Notes under the pieces: model-generated
Databases searched by the model: none
What the model saw: only the letters and a program-made list of their open reading frames with translations
What the model was told of the DNA's origin: nothing
Position numbers and translations under genes: made by a program
Part shown: piece after piece, positions 27,725 through 35,987 of the stretch
Numbering within the stretch: position 1 is the stretch's first letter
Layout: each line of letters opens with the position of its first letter
Origin: a virus
Length of the DNA: 64,000 nucleotides
Virus record (IMG/VR): IMGVR_UViG_3300033146_002768
Coordinates: 34,305 to 98,304 of that record
Reading direction: 5' to 3' (one strand)

Positions 27725-28061
27725 TTTTATTACTAATAGTTCATCAGCATCTTTTATTATGTCATTTAAAACTAAAGACAATATAAATCATGACGAGTTT
27801 AGAACTTTGTTTAATAAATATTTGGAAAGTTATAAAAGACAACATCCAAATAAATTAAGATTTTGGGATGCATCCATAATTTCAAAAGGTACTGATGACA
27901 AAGGTGATCTGATTTATACAGTAGAAGATGGAACTACCATGTATAATGATATGCATGATATACCTGAATACATGAGACTATTAATGATTGAATCTTATGT
28001 TAATGAATATGATTGGGGATTTCAAGTTGTTGGGTTTAAAGTAGAAGATGAACACTATTAA
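27708..28061 (+). CDS. DF-TNSSS family acidic protein, member 2
   Basis: MKLKSDFITNSSSASF. GGAGG 7 nt upstream of the ATG at 27708. Confidence 0.6.
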   Translation: MKLKSDFITNSSSASFIMSFKTKDNINHDEFRTLFNKYLESYKRQHPNKLRFWDASIISKGTDDKGDLIYTVEDGTTMYNDMHDIPEYMRLLMIESYVNEYDWGFQVVGFKVEDEHY

Positions 28062-28073
28062 AGGAAAATTAAT

Positions 28074-28457
28074 ATGAAACAAAAAACAGATTTTGTAACT
28101 AATTCAAGCTCATGCTCTTTTATCTTTGTTGGTTGGATTTTCAATAAAGAAGAAGGAAAAGTTAAAGAGTTAATGGAAATGTTTGGTTCTAAATATGATC
28201 CAGAATTTAGTGATTCTGAAAATATTTATGAAGTTTATGAAATTGATAATAATAACGGTCCTGATATTGTAATTGGAGATTATGATAATGGACTTAATGA
28301 AGATAAAATATACGTAGGTAATCATAACAGAGTCAGTGAAGATGATACTATGGAATTATCAATTCAAGATATTATTGATTCTAATAAAGAAGTCAAAGAT
28401 AAAGAAGGGTTTGATCCCAAAGATATTAAAATAGTCTCGAGGATTATGATGTGTTGA
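28074..28457 (+). CDS. DF-TNSSS family acidic protein, member 3
   Basis: MKQKTDFVTNSSSCSF. Confidence 0.6.
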   Translation: MKQKTDFVTNSSSCSFIFVGWIFNKEEGKVKELMEMFGSKYDPEFSDSENIYEVYEIDNNNGPDIVIGDYDNGLNEDKIYVGNHNRVSEDDTMELSIQDIIDSNKEVKDKEGFDPKDIKIVSRIMMC

Positions 28458-28458
28458 T

Positions 28459-29004
28459 ATGAAAATTAAACAAGACTTTGTTACAAATAGCTCAAGTACT
28501 TCTTTTACCTTTGTATTTAAAGGTACTACGAGAAATGATCTATTTGAACAACTTTATAAAAATAAAGAAGAATTTAATCTGGAGTATGATACCTGGGATG
28601 ATAGATTATTTAAAATGGAAGTTTGGGATATAATATCAACTATATTAGGTTTTATTAAAAAAGATAAATATGACAGATATTATAAACCAGATATTTATCC
28701 AGTTGCATCATTAGTAGAATATATTGAAAAAGAAATTCAAGATATGAAAAAGTATATTCAGGATACAGATGATGGCAATAAGTCTATGATTAGTTATTAT
28801 GATTCTGATATAAATAAAAGAGAAAAAGATCTCAAAGAAATAAATAGATTAATTGATACAGGTGAAATATTTTCAACATTTGAATTATCGTTTGGTAATG
28901 ATGGTGTTGTTAGTGGTGATTTAGGAACTGTTATGGAGATGGAATGTGTTTGGGATGATTATGAGAATAAGGAATTTTTTATAGTCCGTGATAGTCAACA
29001 TTAA
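28459..29004 (+). CDS. DF-TNSSS family acidic protein, member 4
   Basis: MKIKQDFVTNSSSTSF. Confidence 0.6.
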   Translation: MKIKQDFVTNSSSTSFTFVFKGTTRNDLFEQLYKNKEEFNLEYDTWDDRLFKMEVWDIISTILGFIKKDKYDRYYKPDIYPVASLVEYIEKEIQDMKKYIQDTDDGNKSMISYYDSDINKREKDLKEINRLIDTGEIFSTFELSFGNDGVVSGDLGTVMEMECVWDDYENKEFFIVRDSQH

Positions 29005-29039
29005 AAGAAATTATTTTCATATAAAGGAACATATTAAAA

Positions 29040-29417
29040 ATGAAAGACTTTAAATATTATACATTGTTTGGAGTTCGTCTTAGAAGAGGTGACAACATGA
29101 TTCCTAAATATGATAGGGATTTTCTATTAAGATGGACTTCACATGAAAGAACTAATGCCGATAGAGCTAAAGCTATGGTTGATAATAAGATGTTTAAAAC
29201 AACTGATGGTCAAGCTATTGCTGCTGTTGGTATTGGAAATGAAGCTCATTCTATTCATGGTATAAAATTGAGAGTAATTTATAATCCAGAAATATCTAGT
29301 CATCTATATGAAACAGATTTTGTTTTGACAGATGAATGGTTAGATTTATTAATTGACTCGGCTAACTATTCCGATCATGGTAAAAAAATGTTAGCTGAGT
29401 CTAAAATCCGTTTATAG
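29040..29417 (+). CDS. hypothetical protein
   Basis: 125-aa ORF interrupting the paralog array. Confidence 0.45.
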   Translation: MKDFKYYTLFGVRLRRGDNMIPKYDRDFLLRWTSHERTNADRAKAMVDNKMFKTTDGQAIAAVGIGNEAHSIHGIKLRVIYNPEISSHLYETDFVLTDEWLDLLIDSANYSDHGKKMLAESKIRL

Positions 29418-29426
29418 GAGAATGAT

Positions 29427-29882
29427 ATGAAACAGAAGCAAGATTTTATTACAAATTCAAGTAGTTGTAGTTTTGTTGCTTGGGGAATTTCAATGAATGC
29501 TGAAGCTCTAAAAGAAACATGCGGGAAGAGATTATTTGAATTAAAACAAAGAAAAGATGACTTAGAAAAAGCTAAAAAAGCAACTGAGAGTGGAGCTTTT
29601 ATGGTAATTAAAAGTGATTTAAAAGAAGACCCAAAAGAATTAGAAGAATTTCTTGAAGATGTTGACTTTGTTTGGGAAATTGAAAGTTTAATTCCAGGTC
29701 TTGATGTTCAAACAATGCCTTATGAAGATGAAATTATGATTGGGGAATCTCCATTTGCTCAGAAACCTAACCAAACATTAACTGAATTTAAACAAGATAT
29801 TAGCGATAAGTTAACTGATCTTGGTATTGAAACTAAACCGGATGAACTTTTACAAATAGAAGAATGTTGGATGGACGGATAA
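29427..29882 (+). CDS. DF-TNSSS family acidic protein, member 5
   Basis: MKQKQDFITNSSSCSF. TAGGAGA RBS. Confidence 0.6.
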   Translation: MKQKQDFITNSSSCSFVAWGISMNAEALKETCGKRLFELKQRKDDLEKAKKATESGAFMVIKSDLKEDPKELEEFLEDVDFVWEIESLIPGLDVQTMPYEDEIMIGESPFAQKPNQTLTEFKQDISDKLTDLGIETKPDELLQIEECWMDG

Positions 29883-29892
29883 AGGAGGATAT

Positions 29893-30060
29893 ATGTTTAC
29901 AGGTATAGTAACAGCGTTATCAATATTCATTAGTATCGGCATAACAAAAAATGTTATAACTGATAGTTCTGGTAAAACAAGTCATGCTGTCAAAGGGATT
30001 CTTAAAGATGCTATTATATGGCCGAAAGATTTATATAACAAATATAAGGATAAAATATGA
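29893..30060 (+). CDS. small hydrophobic protein (55 aa), not in the ORF track
   Basis: AAGGAGG upstream. MFTGIVTALSIFISIGIT. Its stop overlaps the ATG of the next gene (ATGA). Confidence 0.35.
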   Translation: MFTGIVTALSIFISIGITKNVITDSSGKTSHAVKGILKDAIIWPKDLYNKYKDKI

Positions 30061-30662
30061 AAAGTTTTTTAAATATAGCTGCAGGTAAGATCAATCCATT
30101 AAAGTTTGAGAATAAGGAATGTTTCTTAGTTCAGTTAGATAAAATGTATTGGGCAATTAATCCACCAAATGTAATTGAAACAGAACATGCCATGTGGTTA
30201 GAGAACCCTAAAGATAAAAATGTTATATGTCATACTGATCTTGATGTTTTTGAATTTCTTGGAAATTATAAATTTCAATTTGATAATATATCATGTTATA
30301 GATTTCTTGAGCACATAACAAAAACTGAAATCCAAACATTTATTTATCTTCTTTCAACTGCATTAAAGGTAGGTGGTGAGCTTGATATCATTGTTCCTAA
30401 TTATGAAACCTTAGCTGATATGATTCTTACTGAGAATCTTGATGATAAAGTTAAACATAGTGATTGGGAAAAACATGATACAATGTTAACGTATGAACTA
30501 TTAAATGAACCATCTATGCCTCATGCATCTATATGGACTCCAGCAAGAATAAGGTATTTCTTTAATTTAGAAGAAAGATTTGAATTGCGGGTGATAGAAC
30601 CAAACTATGAGTTTGATGGAAGAGATTTATATATAAGAGCAGTTTTTAGAAGAATTAAATAA
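30057..30662 (+). CDS. class I SAM-dependent methyltransferase-like protein
   Basis: YRFLEHI...LKVGGELDIIVPN resembles the Methyltransf_11/23 post-motif II. N-terminal NIAAGK. Confidence 0.45.
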   Translation: MKSFLNIAAGKINPLKFENKECFLVQLDKMYWAINPPNVIETEHAMWLENPKDKNVICHTDLDVFEFLGNYKFQFDNISCYRFLEHITKTEIQTFIYLLSTALKVGGELDIIVPNYETLADMILTENLDDKVKHSDWEKHDTMLTYELLNEPSMPHASIWTPARIRYFFNLEERFELRVIEPNYEFDGRDLYIRAVFRRIK

Positions 30663-30777
30663 TATGTCCGACTCCTTTAACAGGTTAGTGCATTTTGTTT
30701 TTTTGAATGTCTGCAAACTCTGCATTAGTTGATTAGTTTGCACTATAAAATGAATTGCTTTTCAACTACTCCACAGG

Positions 30778-30837
30778 TGGAAAGAAAAGCGGGGGATAAT
30801 CCTTTAACAAGAGTTTGCAACCCCCGCACCCTTTCCA
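30778..30837 (+). other. Nested GC-rich stem-loop: outer stem TGGAAAG / CTTTCCA, inner stem GCGGGGG / CCCCCGC, 25-nt loop
   Basis: Read from the sequence. Lies in the 252-bp intergenic region 30663-30914, which also holds an 8-bp palindrome TGCAAACT...AGTTTGCA at 30712-30742. Confidence 0.5.
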
Positions 30838-30864
30838 TTATAATCATTATAAAAATGAGAATTT

Positions 30865-30875
30865 ATATATATTAA
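30865..30875. promoter_or_regulatory. ATATATATTAA motif copy (extended tTATATATATTAAtata), about 40 nt upstream of the ATG at 30915
   Basis: Exact 11-mer recurring in intergenic regions. Confidence 0.4.
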
Positions 30876-30914
30876 TATACATAACATAACACAGATATTT
30901 GTAGGAAAAAAGTT

Positions 30915-31277
30915 ATGAAAAAGAAAATTGATTTTGTGACAAATAGCTCAAGTGTTTCATTTATAATCGCCACTGATAAAGAAGATACTTCATTGAAAAT
31001 TAAGTTAGAAATTGAAGTTGATTTGAGGGATTATATAGTCGCATCATGTTCTACTAAACAAGCTCTTAAAGATTATTGGCTTGATGATATGCATGGTGAT
31101 GATGAAGATGAAGAATATTTGAATTATCAATCTTTAATTGACGAAGGTAAAACTGTTCATTTTCTTGATTGTAGTGATGAAAATGAAACAACAGAAACAT
31201 TACTTTGTTATAAAGGATTAAATGATATTAAATTTCCCGATGACGTTATAGTTATGCAGGGACAAGGAGGTTATTAA
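30915..31277 (+). CDS. DF-TNSSS family acidic protein, member 6
   Basis: MKKKIDFVTNSSSVSF. Confidence 0.6.
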   Translation: MKKKIDFVTNSSSVSFIIATDKEDTSLKIKLEIEVDLRDYIVASCSTKQALKDYWLDDMHGDDEDEEYLNYQSLIDEGKTVHFLDCSDENETTETLLCYKGLNDIKFPDDVIVMQGQGGY

Positions 31278-31346
31278 ATGCACAAGTAGACTTTAAATGT
31301 TAACTGGTGAAAACAAATTATTAATTTAAAGAATGGAGAAAAAGTT

Positions 31347-32693
31347 ATGTACGAAAATGACAATGAAAATACCACATTTATGGGGTTGTCTATTAAAAAA
31401 GTTAGTTCTATTAGTGTTCTTCTGGCAATCGTGATATTTGGTCTTATCTTTATGCCTCAGCTTATTGATACGGTTGATAAAGGTACTTATCAAATTAAAC
31501 AGGCAGCAGTTTCTGGAAAGATGTCAGCAAAGATGACTCCTGGTATTTGGATGCAAATGTTTGGTGATATTGATGTATGGCCAAAAGCTCAGACTTTCTT
31601 CTTTACACATGACAATGATGTAAAGGGAGATGTTGATGCAGATAAATCAATTGAAGTAAGATTCAATGATGGTTCTATTTGTAATATATCTGGAACTGCA
31701 CGTATTTTAATGCCTACTTCTGAAGCAGCTGCTATTCATTTAGTAACTGAACTTGGGCATAGAACATATGCTGATGTTGAATCTAAACTTATTAAACCTA
31801 CTGTAAGAAATGTCTTGCGTCATACTGCTAACCTTATGAATGCAACTGAATCTTATATGACCAAACGTGGTGAGTTTATTAGATATGCAAGAGATCAGAT
31901 TACTAATGGTCTTTATGAAACTGATACTACAACCAAACAAATTAAAGATTTAGTTTCTGGTGAGATGACTTGGAAAGAAATAACTATCATCAAAATGAAA
32001 GATGGTAAACCTATTTATCAATTTAACCCACTTGCTGGTACTGATATTGGCATTAAGAACTTTGAAGTTAAAAAGTTTAAATATAAAGATAAGGTTAAAG
32101 AGCAGATTAGTAAACAACAGACTGCAAGAATGGCTGTAGCAACTGCTAAAGCTAAAGCTCAAGAAGCTGAGCAGGATAAGCTTACTATTGAAGCTCAGGG
32201 TAAAGCAAGAGTTGCAAAAGCTGAATATGCTGAGTTGGAAAAGAAAGCTATTGTAATTGTACAGGCTGAAAGAGATAAGGAAACAGCTCTTATTAAGTCT
32301 AACAAAGAAAAAGAAATGGCTGCTATATCCAAAGAAAAAGCTATTATTGAAGCAACTAAAAAGAAAGAAGTTGCTGCTCTTGATGCCAAAGCTGCTTATG
32401 AGGAAAAGAAAGCTAACATCCTAAGGGGTGATGGTGAAGCTCATAGAAAAAGAGTTGTTATGAAAGCTGATGGTGCTCTTGAAAAGAAACTTGCTGCATG
32501 GTTATCTGCTCAGGAAGTTTATGCCCGTGAGTTCGGTAAACAAAAGTGGGTTCCAAATATTCAGATGGGGACTACTGGAGATACAACTGGTGGTGGCGCT
32601 GTAAGTCAGTTCATGGATCTTTTAAGTGCTAAAGCTGCAAAAGAACTTGCTTTAGATCTTGATATGAATATGGGAAACAAAGTAACTCAATAA
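31347..32693 (+). CDS. SPFH/band-7 (flotillin/prohibitin-like) membrane protein
   Basis: N-terminal transmembrane segment VSSISVLLAIVIFGLIFMP, a central globular domain, and a long Ala/Lys/Glu-rich coiled-coil C-terminus typical of SPFH proteins. Confidence 0.5.
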   Translation: MYENDNENTTFMGLSIKKVSSISVLLAIVIFGLIFMPQLIDTVDKGTYQIKQAAVSGKMSAKMTPGIWMQMFGDIDVWPKAQTFFFTHDNDVKGDVDADKSIEVRFNDGSICNISGTARILMPTSEAAAIHLVTELGHRTYADVESKLIKPTVRNVLRHTANLMNATESYMTKRGEFIRYARDQITNGLYETDTTTKQIKDLVSGEMTWKEITIIKMKDGKPIYQFNPLAGTDIGIKNFEVKKFKYKDKVKEQISKQQTARMAVATAKAKAQEAEQDKLTIEAQGKARVAKAEYAELEKKAIVIVQAERDKETALIKSNKEKEMAAISKEKAIIEATKKKEVAALDAKAAYEEKKANILRGDGEAHRKRVVMKADGALEKKLAAWLSAQEVYAREFGKQKWVPNIQMGTTGDTTGGGAVSQFMDLLSAKAAKELALDLDMNMGNKVTQ

Positions 32694-32704
32694 ATTAAAC
32701 AATA

Positions 32705-32731
32705 ATGTCCCCATGTAGTTTGTGGGGACAT
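32705..32731 (+). other. 9-bp stem hairpin (ATGTCCCCA / TGGGGACAT) after the SPFH gene, with no clear U-tract
   Basis: Read from the sequence. Confidence 0.4.
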
Positions 32732-32750
32732 ATTACTACAGGAGAATTAT

Positions 32751-33023
32751 ATGCAATATTTTTTCATATTAGTATTAATCTTCTTCTTTTGTTTCTTCTC
32801 TTGGAAATGGTGGGGTAAAAAATTAGCTAATTATTTAGCATCTGAAACTCCTGAAAAACAAAAAGTTACATTAATCAATAAAATTGAGGCTCTTAAACAA
32901 GCTGCAGAGGAACTCAAACAAAATGATGATGAATTAAAAGTAACTAAGATGCTTGCTGAACTCCAGAAACAAATTGATGAAAAAGAAAAAGAGTTAAAAG
33001 AACTTAATAAAAATCTGAAATAG
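32751..33023 (+). CDS. small membrane protein with coiled-coil tail
   Basis: N-terminal hydrophobic FFILVLIFFFCFFSW, then a heptad-rich Lys/Glu tail. Confidence 0.4.
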   Translation: MQYFFILVLIFFFCFFSWKWWGKKLANYLASETPEKQKVTLINKIEALKQAAEELKQNDDELKVTKMLAELQKQIDEKEKELKELNKNLK

Positions 33024-33050
33024 ATTCAGATTAAAAGAAAGGATGAAATT

Positions 33051-34148
33051 ATGACAGAAACAAATTTAAATGAAATGGTAGAAGATGGTTCTGAAAACAC
33101 TGAGCAAGTAGACGTTAATGTTGAAGCTTCCGGTGATTTACAAAACGATTCTCTTGCAGACTTTGTTGATATTACACAAACAGAAGGTGATAATGTAAAT
33201 GAAGAAAATGCAACTGATACAACTCCTGCTCCTGCCAATACTCCTGCACCCAGACTTACATTTGCTGAAAGAGCAGTAGATATGGGACTCACAATTCTTG
33301 ATGAGGGTACTTATGTATATGAAGATGACTTCAGTAAAATTGCTTATAAAGTTCTGAAAACCTTGGAAGGTTCCGACATTGTTGGTGATCTTGTAATTCC
33401 TGATCTTGGTATCTTTACAAGCGGTCTTGAAGCAGATGCTGAATGGGGTTATCATAAATCAATTTCTGATTCTTATAAATTTCTCGGAAATGCAACCCTG
33501 ATTAACCAAATCAAAGAATCCATTCTTGCTGTTGGTAATGCTGATCTTGAAGAAACACGTTTTATGTCAGGTAACTTATGTGAAATTCGTCATGAGATCA
33601 TTGTTAAAAATGGTCATGATATTCCAGAAATTGGATCAGTCTTTCCAATGTTGAATATTAAAAATACTTATAATGGTTCCGGCGCAGCAGCAATTACTTT
33701 TGGTATGTCCATTGCAGCCGCTGATGGTGTTACAAGTTCCATTTCTGATGAAGTGTTTGGACAGATCAAACAAATTCATCTTGAAGGTGCTAATGCCGAA
33801 TTGACAGCAAAGTTCGGAGATTTTATTACAATCTTCGATGATAATATTCAGGACGTAGTTGCCAGCAACTTTGCAAATGAGGTAACTCCGGAAGAAATGA
33901 TGTCACTTCTTAAAAGAATCCAGACTAAAGCTGGTAAACAAAGAAGCGTTGCCTTTTCAAAAGAAATTTCCTATGAAGAAGGTCAGGCAATTAATATGAA
34001 TCATTGGCAACTTTTCCTTGCATTAACCAGGTTCACCTCTGTTGAAAGAAATATCAACCAGAAGAAAGCCATGGAAAGTGTTGTTGAAAGTGTGTTGGTT
34101 CTACCTGCAGAAATGATTAGCTCACTGAAAGCTATAAACGGCAGGTAA
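33051..34148 (+). CDS. hypothetical protein with a highly acidic N-terminal region
   Basis: 365-aa ORF. AAAGGATGA RBS. Confidence 0.5.
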   Translation: MTETNLNEMVEDGSENTEQVDVNVEASGDLQNDSLADFVDITQTEGDNVNEENATDTTPAPANTPAPRLTFAERAVDMGLTILDEGTYVYEDDFSKIAYKVLKTLEGSDIVGDLVIPDLGIFTSGLEADAEWGYHKSISDSYKFLGNATLINQIKESILAVGNADLEETRFMSGNLCEIRHEIIVKNGHDIPEIGSVFPMLNIKNTYNGSGAAAITFGMSIAAADGVTSSISDEVFGQIKQIHLEGANAELTAKFGDFITIFDDNIQDVVASNFANEVTPEEMMSLLKRIQTKAGKQRSVAFSKEISYEEGQAINMNHWQLFLALTRFTSVERNINQKKAMESVVESVLVLPAEMISSLKAINGR

Positions 34149-34178
34149 ATGTTGTAACCATTGTATTTAGCCGCACAG

Positions 34179-34216
34179 AAAACTCCCAGGTCTTAATTGA
34201 TCTGGGAGTTTTTTTT
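34179..34216 (+). terminator. Rho-independent terminator: 11-bp stem AAAACTCCCAG / CTGGGAGTTTT followed by a T8 run
   Basis: Read from the sequence. Confidence 0.8.
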
Positions 34217-34262
34217 GTTGTCATTTTTTTGGAACAAACTATAAACTTATAGAGGAGAAATT

Positions 34263-35531
34263 ATGGCGACTGAACCAGACATCCTTAGACCTTCAAGAAG
34301 TTATGAGATTAATTTAAGGATAAAGGGAGAAAATTATTCTAACGATATAACAAGGGTTAGACTTTCATCATCATTAGCGACTGGGTATCAAATAGTTTCA
34401 TTAACAATTAATATAACACCTCAATCAATTTTACTAAACAAATTATATGGACAAGATTCTATTGAACTTGTTATAAAAAGATTGGATGAAAGTGAAGTTG
34501 TTTCAGAAACAATGGTATTCGATTTAATGATATTAAATTCAGAATTTGAGATTCCTGTGTCGGATTTAATAACAACAGATCAACAAATGGATAGAACAAG
34601 TTTTGAATTAGTAACTGTAACAAGAACACCTTTTGAAATTATGACAACCATGGTGAGTGCTGTGTTTGGTCCAACTCCAACAAAAACTGTTTGGACAGCT
34701 CCAAAAACTATTAAAGAAATGATTGAAACTATAATAGATGAACAAATAACAGCACCATTACAACTTAAATATGATACTGTCAATGAAAATCTTGACCAAA
34801 TAAGACAAAGTTGTATTCCTCCTACTACATTATATCAAGCAATTAAATACTTAGATAGAAATTATGGTTTATATAACGGAGTCCCAGCAGTATTTTGTCA
34901 ATATGATAATACATTACAAATAATGAATTTATCTTCAAGAATTAAAAAAGGTTATACTATATTTGTTGAACATTTGAATAATCAAACTAAACAAGAAGAT
35001 ATTGATAAAGCAACTCAAGATAAAAAATATTTTTATACATATGATAATTTATATACTAATTATGTAGGCAATTCAAAATTTGGAGTAATAGGTCAAACAT
35101 TAAAACATGTAGTATTACCTTCTGATAAATTGTCTCATGTAATAGTTCAAAACTTACAAGATGTATGTGCATCTTATGGATTAATTTCAGATACTAAAGA
35201 TAAAAAACCTCATGTTAATACATCAGTAACAAATAGAATTAAATATTACATTGATAACAATGGTTATGATATATCAGAAGTATTCGCTAATTCAAAAATA
35301 GCTAAACAAATTTCTGATATTTCAAGATTAAGTTTTAGTATTGAAAGAAATTTGCCTATTGAGGATTTAATAAAAATTGGAGTTTGTGTTAAAATAAAAA
35401 CATTAACTCAAGAGCATATTGATATAAGTGGAAAGTATATTTTGTTTTCTAGTGATTTAGTTTGGAATAAACAAGGTGATTGGCAAACTGTTGCTAAATT
35501 AGAATTAATTAGAACTAATAAAACTGTATAA
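34263..35531 (+). CDS. hypothetical protein (422 aa), possibly structural
   Basis: AGAGGAGA RBS. Located just upstream of the terminase region. Confidence 0.5.
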   Translation: MATEPDILRPSRSYEINLRIKGENYSNDITRVRLSSSLATGYQIVSLTINITPQSILLNKLYGQDSIELVIKRLDESEVVSETMVFDLMILNSEFEIPVSDLITTDQQMDRTSFELVTVTRTPFEIMTTMVSAVFGPTPTKTVWTAPKTIKEMIETIIDEQITAPLQLKYDTVNENLDQIRQSCIPPTTLYQAIKYLDRNYGLYNGVPAVFCQYDNTLQIMNLSSRIKKGYTIFVEHLNNQTKQEDIDKATQDKKYFYTYDNLYTNYVGNSKFGVIGQTLKHVVLPSDKLSHVIVQNLQDVCASYGLISDTKDKKPHVNTSVTNRIKYYIDNNGYDISEVFANSKIAKQISDISRLSFSIERNLPIEDLIKIGVCVKIKTLTQEHIDISGKYILFSSDLVWNKQGDWQTVAKLELIRTNKTV

Positions 35532-35921
35532 AAAACATACAATAAAAATCTCCCGAAGAAGACCCCATCTACCTGAAAACTAGCAGAATGTTTTTTGGGG
35601 GTTTATAATTAGGTTAAAAGGTTAATTTTAAAATCCAGGTTGTAATTTCTACATTTGTTGAGGTCGAATACATTTGAAATGTTCCTTTTTAAGAGAACGT
35701 TTTTCTGTAGCTCAGCCATCTCCGAAATAACCAGAAACCTGTAGCTTTGCGTGGACCTAAGTCCGTGCCCTTTAGAACGCTAATTTAATAGCCGAAAAGA
35801 CTAAACACAAAACAATAAAACAAGATTCTATAATTTTAATGTGTCAAATTAAAATTTTTATTTTAATATACACCCAATGTATATACTAAATATTGTACGA
35901 GAATCTCTTGCTTTAGGTAAA

Positions 35922-35932
35922 TTAATATATAT
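35922..35932. promoter_or_regulatory. Inverted copy of the ATATATATTAA motif (plus strand TTAATATATAT) in the 456-bp non-coding region upstream of terL
   Basis: Exact reverse complement of the 11-mer. Confidence 0.3.
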
Positions 35933-35987
35933 AATTGTACATTCTATCCAAGACAACATTTAGAACAAATAAAAAAGGGAGAATAGT

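Noticed and set aside
35700-35790. Possible tRNA (GTAGCTCAG resembles a D-loop)
   Set aside because: No acceptor stem, anticodon arm or T-arm could be folded. No GGTTCGA T-loop.
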